Of a DNA stretch of 11,052 nt, positions 1 through 6,660 are shown piece after piece. Location of the stretch: IMG/VR virus record IMGVR_UViG_2667528155_000009. One strand, written 5' to 3'. Under the pieces are notes generated by a model that was not told the DNA's origin, made no database searches, and saw only the letters and a program-made list of their open reading frames with translations. Origin of the DNA: a virus (Duplodnaviria; Heunggongvirae; Uroviricota; Caudoviricetes). Numbering within the stretch: the first letter of the stretch is position 1; every line of letters begins with the position of its first letter. Made by a program: the position numbers and the translations under genes.

Positions 1-57
1 ACCACCGCCTGCCGCTTCTTCGATCCGCGCCTGGCGTCGTCGATCACCATGCGTGGT
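1..57. other. GC-rich fragment of unknown origin, separated from the AT-rich phage sequence by an ambiguity-rich junction (N's at 58-86)
   Basis: About 65% GC against about 30% GC in the adjoining 100-900 region; ten scattered N's between 58 and 86; all three plus-strand frames are open, so no product can be assigned. Confidence 0.3.
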
Positions 58-86
58 NATNAGNTCACTGNGNCANANANACTTNN

Positions 87-879
87 TCCTGCAAAAGAAA
101 GTATCGCGTGTGTCATACTTCATGGCAAATCCAAAACCGACTTTTATGATGGATAACGTATGTATACTAAATGCAACATATGAAATGCAGCCAATAAGAA
201 ATAATGGGACGAAAACTGACATTAAATAGTTATTATCATCATCAGTTGGCGTTACTTTCCTTTTCTTTACTTTTGAGGGCATCAATATTAAACAAATAAT
301 GCAAACAAGGTAAATGATGCAATACAATATAAAAATAAAAAGTAATGCTACAACTGCCGTCATGAGTTTATTGAATGTAGCATCAAATGGAATGTCAAAC
401 AAATTGGAAATTAGCGAGCGTGCAATATAATATGAAATTAATGATACAATTACCCACACATATTTAATTCCCAGGTTAATTTTTATGGCTATGTTTTTTT
501 CTTCATTATCGAACGATTTTATGTGAGATGATATTGTGTATGTAATACACAATATCGTCACAAAAGCCAATGTATATGGAATGATGGTATTTATATAACC
601 AATAACGTTAAAGGAAACAATTGTTAATAAAAACAGAAATACCGACAACAGTGCGGCATCTTGCGTTTTTTTATAATTTTTTCGAAGGCGAACGGCCTGT
701 TGACTGGATGACTTTTTATTCCAATTATTTTGTACGATTAATCCGCTGAGAATAATCATACCAAACCAAATAAGAATGGGGTATACAGGATCACTCTGAG
801 GTATGATGACGAGCACTGCCATAAAAAACAATAAACTGTGAACAATCCCGAGGTGTAAGGAAGAGTATATACTTTTCAT
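87..879 (-). CDS. AT-rich polytopic membrane protein of unknown function, at least 265 aa, C-terminal end lost in the N junction; moron-like cargo gene
   Basis: ATG at complement 877-879 with AAGG about 7 nt upstream and an in-frame upstream stop at 907-909. I scanned the frame by hand and found no stop down to the N's. Translation MKSIYSSLHLGIVHSLLFFMAVLVII... contains about 7 hydrophobic helix-length segments with K/R-rich loops. Not in the supplied ORF track because no stop codon is reached. Confidence 0.5.
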
Positions 880-990
880 CGATGACCTTTTTAATAATGG
901 GTTATTCTATTGGAATTAGAAAAACCACCAGCAGGCCATTACTGTCAAGCCCGGACGCTGTCTGTTTTATCCGTAGCACACGTACATAAA

Positions 991-1016
991 CGCGCCATCC
1001 GAACCACGATGGCGCG
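991..1016 (-). terminator. Candidate intrinsic terminator for the minus-strand early operon
   Basis: Perfect 9-bp GC-rich stem CGCGCCATC/GATGGCGCG with an 8-nt loop; on the minus-strand transcript it is followed by UUUAUGU. Sits 11 nt downstream of the stop of the 56-aa gene. Confidence 0.4.
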
Positions 1017-1026
1017 ACAGTACATC

Positions 1027-1197
1027 TTACAGTTGGTCAGACTTTCCTTCAGGGCGTATCAGCTCGTCCCGTGATTCAGGCGTTATTACAATCTGATGAC
1101 TCAGCAATGGCACGACCACGAACTCACCAGAACTGAGTACGTATACAAGATATCTGCCAGGAACTTTCAACATTCTCAACAGTTCATCTGTATTCAT
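1027..1197 (-). CDS. Hypothetical small protein (56 aa, MNTDELLRMLKVPGRY...)
   Basis: ATG at complement 1195-1197 preceded by GGAG with a 7-nt spacer. The supplied ORF extends to a TTG at 1260, but that longer form has no comparable RBS. Confidence 0.45.
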   Translation of the reverse strand: MNTDELLRMLKVPGRYLVYVLSSGEFVVVPLLSHQIVITPESRDELIRPEGKSDQL

Positions 1198-1323
1198 ATT
1201 TTTGCTCCGTTGGTTAACAGATTCCCTTTCGGGAGCATTCCCTTTCATCCCTGTGCACAATCTTTTTAAAACAGTGCCGGTACGCGCATACAGGTTTGTT
1301 AGAATGTCTGTTAATAGAGCAAA

Positions 1324-1530
1324 TCAGATATCACTCTCCCCAAGGCTCCTGCATTCAAAGTTCTCCAGTTTCACATGTTCACCGGCAGTACGGCCCGCCT
1401 CTTTAGGCTTATAAAAACGCATTTCGCACTGTTTCTGGGTCAGTCTGGTTTCGGAGTAAAATGACCAGGCCACAGGCGGATTGCCTGCTTTATGGATAGT
1501 TGCTGTAATTTTGTATTTTTTCCCTTTCAT
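1324..1530 (-). CDS. Hypothetical small protein (68 aa)
   Basis: Open frame filling the gap between flanking minus-strand genes; weak RBS (AGTAAGT); conserved element B lies 35-80 nt upstream. Uncertain. Confidence 0.25.
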   Translation of the reverse strand: MKGKKYKITATIHKAGNPPVAWSFYSETRLTQKQCEMRFYKPKEAGRTAGEHVKLENFECRSLGESDI

Positions 1531-1560
1531 ACTTACTGCCGAAAAATGTGTTGATTATTT

Positions 1561-1607
1561 ACACAGATTCGTATCACAAGCAGCCAGGAGTATCCAAGCA
1601 GGATATG
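1561..1607. repeat. Conserved intergenic element, copy B (ACACAG..ATTCGTATCACA..GCAGGATATG)
   Basis: Shares ACACAG, ATTCGTATCACA and GCAGGATATG blocks in the same order with copy A at 6661-6709; the copies differ by indels. Confidence 0.6.
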
Positions 1608-1645
1608 AAGGTAACCCAGTATGTTACCTTCACTGTCTGATATCA

Positions 1646-2386
1646 TCATTCGGTACTAAGCCCCTGCCACAACGCCCTGTTACCAGGTTTATGCACTTGC
1701 CGGGAAATCTCACGGCACTTTTTCAGACGTTTCAGTTTTGCTTCCGTCCTGCGAATTTCAGCGCTGATCGCCCGTGGTGTAGGGATGACAACGTCGTCGT
1801 GCCGCCGTTCTGTGAATGACGGTATCGACTGAATAAGGTCTGCAACGTTATCTGTTGAGGCTTCAGCAGCAGTTACTGATGCCGCTAACTTTATTGCTTC
1901 AGGTTGCGGCGCAGGATTATCGTCGCGCCCCATGGCTGAACAGGCTTTCTGTTTCTCCGGTAAACCATCATCAGGCAGACTGTAACGAAACTTGCCATCA
2001 TGATTAATCCGCAAAAGACGCCCCTTTCCCGTAGCCATCGCCAGCGTGGAGGCAACCTTCCTGGCTGTTGTGCTGAAGCGCCTGGACAGTTCATCCGCCG
2101 TCTGTGGGCCGTGTTTTCGGATAGCGTCTGTCAGCTGCTTCTCATCGATTTTCATAACCGTTTCCACTGGTGTTACAGGGTTCACTATTTTTTCTTTGGC
2201 AACGTCAGTCAGTTCCTTTTCCGGTCCGGACAGAGACCAGTAGCCGTTCAGGAATATCACCCTGCCTGAGTCTTCCTGCTCACGCAGCATTTCCAGAACA
2301 TCTTTTGTCTCGATGAGCAGGCGTGCTGCGACCTCGCGAGCAGTGGCTTTTCCCATCGCTTTCAGTGCATCAGTCACTGTTTCCAT
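1646..2386 (-). CDS. Hypothetical phage protein with two tandem winged-helix-like segments (246 aa)
   Basis: Start moved from the ORF-track TTG/ATG at 2461 to the ATG at complement 2384-2386 (METVTDAL...), which has AGGAGA 8 nt upstream and no longer overlaps the DnaC-like gene. Two similar segments (ATAREVAARLL...GRV and QTADELSRRF...GRLLRINHDGKF) look like wHTH DNA-binding domains; this is inference from sequence pattern only. Confidence 0.6.
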   Translation of the reverse strand: METVTDALKAMGKATAREVAARLLIETKDVLEMLREQEDSGRVIFLNGYWSLSGPEKELTDVAKEKIVNPVTPVETVMKIDEKQLTDAIRKHGPQTADELSRRFSTTARKVASTLAMATGKGRLLRINHDGKFRYSLPDDGLPEKQKACSAMGRDDNPAPQPEAIKLAASVTAAEASTDNVADLIQSIPSFTERRHDDVVIPTPRAISAEIRRTEAKLKRLKKCREISRQVHKPGNRALWQGLSTE

Positions 2387-2409
2387 TGACAATTTCTCCT
2401 GTGATTCAG

Positions 2410-3150
2410 TCAGGGCCGGTTGACGTTTTTTCGCCAGCTTTCCCAGCCAAAATTTACCCATCGGCCACCGTTCATGGACATTCTGTCCATCACCCGCTGA
2501 CCTGCCAGCTTAGTCAGTGCATCATGGTTCAGGTTGGTCAGCATTCCGACGCTGCGCAGGGATGCGGTCCGGCGATCAACAATCTGGTGCAGGATGACCT
2601 GCTCGTTGCGTGTCTCACGCTGCACACCAACCTCATCAAGGATCAGCAGGTCCACTCCGCACAGCTCCTTCAAAAATTTTTCACCCGAATTTCCATCATC
2701 GTACCCGGCATGAAGCGCACTCATCACGTCGGCGACGGTGATAACAATCACACTGCGTCCGGCGTTCATCAGGCGGTTACCTATGGCGGCGGCCAGATGA
2801 TTTTTGCCGGTACCAGGCTTACCGCTGAACACAAAATTTGTACAACCGGTATCCAGTTCAGCAGCTATGGATTTGGCCTGGCTGAGCGCATGCTTCTGGC
2901 CGTCATTCTGCACCCGGTAATTCTTGAACGAGCATCTGCGATGCAGTGGCTGAATACCGGCCCGACCGAAGATTTTTTCGGCCCTGGTCTGGCGGTTAAG
3001 TCGGTCAATTTCCTCGCAGCGTCTGCGCCCTTCGGCTAGCTGCCATTCCCGCCACTCCCCCGGCGTCCGGAACGGTGCGGAACTGTTGGCCGACCGTGGC
3101 GCCAGTTTCCTGATGCGGGCCAGAATCCCGGTATCTGCGATGTTTCTCAT
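2410..3150 (-). CDS. DnaC-like replicative helicase loader (IstB-like AAA+ ATPase)
   Basis: Walker A GKPGTGKNHLAAAIG, Walker B DLLILDEVG, and downstream QIVDRR...GMLTNLN...LAGQRVMDRM closely parallel E. coli DnaC as I recall it. ATG at complement 3148-3150 with GGGGGTG 7 nt upstream; sits 6 nt downstream of the O-like gene stop. Confidence 0.9.
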   Translation of the reverse strand: MRNIADTGILARIRKLAPRSANSSAPFRTPGEWREWQLAEGRRRCEEIDRLNRQTRAEKIFGRAGIQPLHRRCSFKNYRVQNDGQKHALSQAKSIAAELDTGCTNFVFSGKPGTGKNHLAAAIGNRLMNAGRSVIVITVADVMSALHAGYDDGNSGEKFLKELCGVDLLILDEVGVQRETRNEQVILHQIVDRRTASLRSVGMLTNLNHDALTKLAGQRVMDRMSMNGGRWVNFGWESWRKNVNRP

Positions 3151-3156
3151 GGCTTG

Positions 3157-4074
3157 TCACCCCCTGAAACCCGGTGGAATGGTTGTGTCCGGTGGCGAAA
3201 TATCCTGAATCCTGGTCGGGCTGTCGCGGCCACGATTGCCTCCCCGGTCCTGGTCTTTTGCCAGCCAGCCGGTGATAAATTTCCTGATGCCTCGGGCGGT
3301 TTTTCGTCGTCGTCGTTCGCTGAGCAGCCATCCGCGCTGATTACGCAGTGCCTGCCGGACGTCGACCGCCGGATACAGCGTCTCAAACTCGACAACCATC
3401 GATTCGGTCACGGAAAATTCAGAACCGTCGTTGAGCGGAAGCCGAATAAACTCAGGGTCATCAGGCGGTGTTGATGGCACACCAGCGCTCAGAGGCCGAC
3501 GCTCAGGTCCGACATGGGCTGGTCCGGTACCATCGGGCAAACTCGCACCCTGTGACCCGAAATTTTCATCCAGTTGCGTGGGGCTGATTTTTTCAGCTCC
3601 GCGCAAGAGGTTTTGATCTTTTAGATCTGTTTCTTTATCTTTATCTGGATCTTTATTAGTTGCCTTTGTGTTGGGCTCCTGTTCAAACACAGAACCAACA
3701 CCTGTTGAACATGTGTTATTTTCGCTGGCAGATTGTGCTTCCTTCCTGTTCCTTCTTGACTGAACAGATGCTTTTCCTGCTGCAGACTTTTTCGCTAAGG
3801 TTTCCCTGACCGAATGAAGATCATCTTCAATACGCTTGTGAACCCACTCCGTGCCGTTATCAGTAAAAAATTCTCTCAACGACTCTTCTACGGCTCCCCA
3901 ACGCTCACTGCTAACCCGGGCAATCTTTGCCAGCCTGTTTTTCGGTATAGCCCTTCCGGTCTGCCAGTAATTGAACATCAGCAGTAAATAGGCCCCATGC
4001 TCCTCGGTTGAAAGATGCATTGTGTCAGCCAAGTAATCAGCGATATAAAGCTGCATGTATGGAAGTGCCGCCAT
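3157..4074 (-). CDS. DUF1376/YdaU-like phage replication protein with a long low-complexity linker and a C-terminal domain
   Basis: N-terminus MAALPYMQLYIADYLADTMHLSTEEHGAYLLLMFNYWQTG matches the YdaU/DUF1376 pattern from memory; position immediately upstream of the DnaC-like gene is typical of an O-like initiator. GAGG 4 nt upstream of the ATG. Confidence 0.7.
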   Translation of the reverse strand: MAALPYMQLYIADYLADTMHLSTEEHGAYLLLMFNYWQTGRAIPKNRLAKIARVSSERWGAVEESLREFFTDNGTEWVHKRIEDDLHSVRETLAKKSAAGKASVQSRRNRKEAQSASENNTCSTGVGSVFEQEPNTKATNKDPDKDKETDLKDQNLLRGAEKISPTQLDENFGSQGASLPDGTGPAHVGPERRPLSAGVPSTPPDDPEFIRLPLNDGSEFSVTESMVVEFETLYPAVDVRQALRNQRGWLLSERRRRKTARGIRKFITGWLAKDQDRGGNRGRDSPTRIQDISPPDTTIPPGFRG

Positions 4075-4124
4075 AACGCCTCGCTACGCTCTTTTCCGTT
4101 CGGTCTGAATACAAAAATTAATAC

Positions 4125-4141
4125 TCACTGGTCATGTCTCT
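4125..4141 (-). repeat. Boundary motif copy 2 (minus-strand reading AGAGACATGACCAGTGA)
   Basis: Identical 17-mer to 4714-4730; one mismatch to the plus-strand copy at 7842-7859. Confidence 0.7.
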
Positions 4142-4152
4142 CTGTTTGGTGC

Positions 4153-4212
4153 CGAACCTCCTGCTGGTGCTAGCCTGCTGATTCCCCAACCAACAGAACC
4201 ACAGGAGGTTCG
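4153..4212 (+). promoter_or_regulatory. Long-range stem sequestering the ribosome-binding site of the 70-aa gene
   Basis: CGAACCTCCTG at 4153-4163 is the perfect reverse complement of CAGGAGGTTCG at 4202-4212, which contains the GGAGG Shine-Dalgarno 6 nt before the ATG at 4215. Pairing can extend to within 2 nt of the start codon. Confidence 0.4.
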
Positions 4213-4214
4213 AC

Positions 4215-4427
4215 ATGTCAGATACAAAACTTAAAAATGGATTAACGCCTGAACAAATGGCACACGATATCGCTATGGTGCTCATCGGGAACCCATCCCA
4301 TGAATGGCTTTCGGATAATGCGACCAAAACTCGTAGCACTGAATTAGCAATGAGCGCTGTAGCAGAAGAAGTCATGAACATGGAAAAACATCTTGCTGCA
4401 GCTCTTCATCAGTACACGGAGAACTAA
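4215..4427 (+). CDS. Hypothetical small protein (70 aa), encoded antisense to the surrounding early operon
   Basis: Strong RBS (GGAGG, 6-nt spacer), ATG start, intrinsic terminator immediately downstream, and protein-like composition. The overlapping minus-strand ORF 4118-4381 has no RBS and an odd composition. Confidence 0.6.
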   Translation: MSDTKLKNGLTPEQMAHDIAMVLIGNPSHEWLSDNATKTRSTELAMSAVAEEVMNMEKHLAAALHQYTEN

Positions 4428-4438
4428 TCCGCATCAAA

Positions 4439-4463
4439 GGTCGCTGAGTTCGCGACCTTTTTT
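4439..4463 (+). terminator. Intrinsic terminator downstream of the 70-aa gene
   Basis: Stem GGTCGC/GCGACC with a 6-7 nt loop, followed by TTTTTT at 4458-4463. Confidence 0.5.
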
Positions 4464-4684
4464 CAGTCCACTCCAGTAGGCATCCCCAACCATTTTTTTA
4501 TATCGCTATAACTCAGCGTTATGGGCTGATTTTTGCCGGACTCTTCAACCGGTATGGTATGTTCCTCTTCAAATTTCTTTTCGAAGGTACGCATGTGCTC
4601 ACGCCAGGCATTTCGATCTTCGATCGCTTCTTCCCTCCGGTTCAGTCTGGCGTAATACCGTTCCTGCTCAGTCAACGTTTTCAT
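4463..4684 (-). CDS. Hypothetical small protein (73 aa, MKTLTEQERYYARLNRRE...)
   Basis: ATG at complement 4682-4684 with AGGAG and a 5-nt spacer; charged helical composition. The ORF-track extension to 4717 overlaps the upstream gene and lacks an RBS. Confidence 0.5.
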   Translation of the reverse strand: MKTLTEQERYYARLNRREEAIEDRNAWREHMRTFEKKFEEEHTIPVEESGKNQPITLSYSDIKKWLGMPTGVD

Positions 4685-4700
4685 TACTTCTCCTGCATGG

Positions 4701-5204
4701 TTACAACAGATGGTCACTGGTCATGTCTCTGATACTGCTGGCGGTAACTGCTTCGTAGCGTCTGTATTGCTTGTATGGCTTCATCACACTCCCGTTCAAA
4801 ATCCGTAACAGGCGCACCAAGAAGTACCGCATTTGCCACTGCGGTTTTTTTAAAAACTGTGTAAGCAGATACTCGATGCTATGCCCTGCCGTGACCTGCT
4901 TATGCAGCTCCGGCGCGTGTATCCGGATTGCTTCAAGAACTGCGGGGATTAGCGCTGAAAACTTTTCGCGGTGCTCTGTCGTTTCGAGTTTTCGCCATCG
5001 CTGAAAAATGTTTATACGATTCCGGCGCCATGCTTCGTAATCCACCGTTCCGTCATCACGTTCTATACGGTGGACAGCAATATCTGGTCTCACTTGCTGT
5101 TCCAGAAAGGCGCGGGTGATCAACTGTGTTGCACTTTCCTGACTCATTGCGGGTGTAGCCAGCCAGGATGACAGTGCTTTGTTGGCATCCTCAGGGGTGA
5201 TCAT
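4701..5204 (-). CDS. YdaT-like protein (167 aa), occupying the cII-equivalent position
   Basis: Immediately downstream of the Cro-like gene; segments LITRAFLEQ and SALIPAVLEAI resemble Rac YdaT as I recall it. GAGGTG 7 nt upstream of the ATG; the start overlaps the end of the Cro-like gene (translational coupling). Confidence 0.55.
   Translation of the reverse strand: MITPEDANKALSSWLATPAMSQESATQLITRAFLEQQVRPDIAVHRIERDDGTVDYEAWRRNRINIFQRWRKLETTEHREKFSALIPAVLEAIRIHAPELHKQVTAGHSIEYLLTQFLKKPQWQMRYFLVRLLRILNGSVMKPYKQYRRYEAVTASSIRDMTSDHLL
4714..4730 (-). repeat. Boundary motif copy 1 (encodes the YdaT-like C-terminus RDMTSDHLL)
   Basis: Plus-strand TCACTGGTCATGTCTCT; identical 17-mer at 4125-4141. 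Confidence 0.7.
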
Positions 5205-5466
5205 CGTTGTTCACCTCTCTCGCATCCTTTAGTGGTAGATTTTGATGGCTAGGCAAAGCATCCGTTGGATTAGGGTAAAGAACTGAGTCGAGCTGATGCG
5301 GTGTAACTGCATACCCTACGGCCTCACAAAAAGGAATAATTCGTCGCGGTGGGAATTTTCCTGTTGTAACCCATAGACTTACGTTTTGCTGACTAGTTTT
5401 AAGACGTCGGGCGATCTCGGTCTGATTAGTGATGCCGAATAGTCGGCTCCTGGTTTTAAATTCCAT
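5191..5466 (-). CDS. Cro-like / YdaS-family HTH regulator (91 aa from the ATG at 5466)
   Basis: HTH segment ITNQTEIARRLKTSQQNVSLWV; C-terminal IIPFCEAVGYAVTPHQL resembles the YdaS pattern. GGAGG 4 nt upstream of the ATG at complement 5464-5466; the ORF-track start at 5484 is a GTG. Divergent from the repressor gene. Confidence 0.7.
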   Translation of the reverse strand: MEFKTRSRLFGITNQTEIARRLKTSQQNVSLWVTTGKFPPRRIIPFCEAVGYAVTPHQLDSVLYPNPTDALPSHQNLPLKDAREVNNDDHP

Positions 5467-5484
5467 ATATCCTCCAAATGTCAC

Positions 5485-5565
5485 ACTTGTATAAATACAG
5501 CATGAACTTGTATTTTACAAATTTAAATTTGTGTGACGCTAACAAAATTTACTTGTAAAATATGA
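5485..5565. promoter_or_regulatory. Immunity switch region: three operator-like dyads with divergent PR-like and PRM-like promoters
   Basis: Dyads ACTTGTATAAATACA (5485-5499), ACTTGTATTTTACAA (5506-5520) and ACTTGTAAAATATGA (5551-5565), core TTGTA-N3-TACAA. Minus-strand promoter TTGTAA (5515-5520) N17 TATTTA (5492-5497) faces the Cro-like gene. Plus-strand promoter TGTGAC (5532-5537) N18 TAAAAT (5556-5561) faces the repressor. Confidence 0.5.
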
Positions 5566-5568
5566 GGT

Positions 5569-6003
5569 ATGAAAAAAAACAACGAATCAGCTCAATACGA
5601 GACTTCAGCCAGAAGGATCAAACAGGTCCTGTATGAATTAGGCTGGAACCAAAGTCGCCTGGCTAAAGAAATTGGGGTTTCAGCTCAGGCGGTACAACAA
5701 TGGGCAAAAGGTACTTCTCGACCGAATGGCCCTAATCTAACTCGACTTTCTGAAGTCACAAGCAAACCTGAAGCATGGTTTTTCAGTGATGTCAGCGGGT
5801 TATCTGAGAGTCATGCAGTACATTTACCAGAAAGTAATGGTTCAGACTTTCTCCCGCTTAGCGATGAAGAGATCAGACTGCTAACTGTCTTCAGGAAATT
5901 TCCTTCTGTAGAGAGTAAAAACATGCTGTTAGCGTTTGAGATGAGACTTCAGGAGATAAAAGAATACTATTCCAAATACGCTAATCCCAATAAAAACCGA
6001 TAG
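5569..6003 (+). CDS. DicA/RacR-like prophage repressor (HTH_XRE, 144 aa, no S24 peptidase domain)
   Basis: HTH NQSRLAKEIGVSAQAVQQWAKG; C-terminal LSDEEIRLLTVFRKFPSVESKNMLLAFEMRLQEIKEY parallels DicA as I recall it. Divergent from the Cro-like gene across the operator region. Confidence 0.8.
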   Translation: MKKNNESAQYETSARRIKQVLYELGWNQSRLAKEIGVSAQAVQQWAKGTSRPNGPNLTRLSEVTSKPEAWFFSDVSGLSESHAVHLPESNGSDFLPLSDEEIRLLTVFRKFPSVESKNMLLAFEMRLQEIKEYYSKYANPNKNR

Positions 6004-6029
6004 TCTCCTTCTTTCCTCCCCCAACAATC

Positions 6030-6056
6030 ACAAGCCTGCTTGAAATGCAGGCTTGT
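6030..6056 (+). other. Perfect 10-bp hairpin just after the repressor stop (ACAAGCCTGC-ttgaaat-GCAGGCTTGT), no U-tract
   Basis: Direct reading; shares its GCCTGC/GCAGGC stem core with hairpins at 7401-7415 and 7768-7785. Confidence 0.5.
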
Positions 6057-6128
6057 TACACCTCGCATAATAAAACACTTAAATTTCATACAATTAAAAA
6101 TTTTTAGTGATTTTCTCACTTTAAACAC

Positions 6129-6157
6129 TTGTATTTATCAAATCCATTTTGTAGATT
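6129..6157 (+). promoter_or_regulatory. PL-like promoter with overlapping operator-like site
   Basis: TTGTAT (6129-6134) N17 TAGATT (6152-6157); the -35 is embedded in AACACTTGTATTTATCAA, which repeats the ACTTGTA operator core. A second operator-like copy, ACACTTAAATTTCA, lies near 6073-6090. Confidence 0.35.
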
Positions 6158-6239
6158 GATTGTACAAATCCTCTAGCAACACATGCGCGACAGGTAAACG
6201 TTCCGCCGACGGGCGTAAAACAAAGATGAGGACGACAGA

Positions 6240-6428
6240 GTGGACAAGACTGAACTGAAACACATTATCGCCCTGCTCCTGGAAGATGCAAAACGTCTTC
6301 AGCAGGTTGAACCAAATGCAGGCACTGAGGCCCGCATATGGTTGGCTAATAAAACACTTAATTCATTCAGAGAGTTAAGCGGTTTTGCAAGAGGGTCAGG
6401 TATCTCTACCGAACACCAACTTTCTTAG
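6240..6428 (+). CDS. Hypothetical small protein (62 aa, GTG start)
   Basis: GAGG 8 nt upstream of the GTG; first ORF downstream of the PL-like promoter. Overlaps the convergent minus-strand zinc-ribbon ORF by 23 nt. Uncertain. Confidence 0.3.
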   Translation: MDKTELKHIIALLLEDAKRLQQVEPNAGTEARIWLANKTLNSFRELSGFARGSGISTEHQLS

Positions 6429-6594
6429 CTAGCGCCTCCATAATAATAGAATGTCGTTCGCTAAGAATGCCGATTGCCGCCCCGCAAAGTGCACACTGAA
6501 CGAAGTGAATAATGTGACTGCAATTTTTCACTGAGGAATTGGTTTTTAACTCAAAAGAAGTTGATGGGCATTTTGGACAGGTTGTTACAGCCAT
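6406..6594 (-). CDS. Small zinc-ribbon-like protein (62 aa; CPKC ... CALC)
   Basis: Very good RBS (GGAGGG, 6-nt spacer, ATG at complement 6592-6594); Cys pairs CxxC and CxxC about 25 residues apart; conserved element A lies upstream on the minus strand. Confidence 0.45.
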   Translation of the reverse strand: MAVTTCPKCPSTSFELKTNSSVKNCSHIIHFVQCALCGAAIGILSERHSIIMEALAKKVGVR

Positions 6595-6660
6595 ATTTTA
6601 CCCTCCACGGGGTCGATGTTGGTGGAGTTCCCGACGGACGAGGTCGGGAATGTGCGCCGG

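Noticed and set aside
944-949. Minus-strand TTGACA upstream of the membrane-protein gene as its promoter -35
   Set aside because: No acceptable -10 hexamer at 16-19 bp spacing (the nearest, TCTAAT, is 23 bp away); the promoter remains unassigned.
1202-1819. Plus-strand ORFs 1202-1414 and 1481-1819
   Set aside because: Antisense to the minus-strand operon, no RBS, low-complexity hydrophobic translation; the region is better explained by minus-strand genes and conserved element B.
2000-3616. Plus-strand ORFs 2000-2269, 2046-2243, 2323-3039, 3154-3474 and 3431-3616, and minus-strand ORFs 1891-2094, 3005-3331 and 3147-3395
   Set aside because: All overlap the recognisable DnaC-like, DUF1376 and winged-helix genes (opposite strand or alternative frame) and have no RBS or family features.
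4086-4094. boxA-like CGCTCTTTT, which could suggest an N-type antitermination nut site
   Set aside because: No adjacent boxB hairpin and no N-like gene in the window; a single 9-mer match is within chance expectation.
4118-4381. 87-aa minus-strand ORF overlapping the 70-aa plus-strand gene
   Set aside because: No RBS, and a Cys/Trp/Ser-rich composition unlike the plus-strand gene, which has a strong RBS and terminator. Its C-terminal RDMTSEY is explained by the boundary motif at 4125-4141 rather than by a real gene.
4771-5171. Plus-strand ORFs 4771-5004, 4928-5119 and 4971-5171
   Set aside because: Shadow frames inside the YdaT-like gene.
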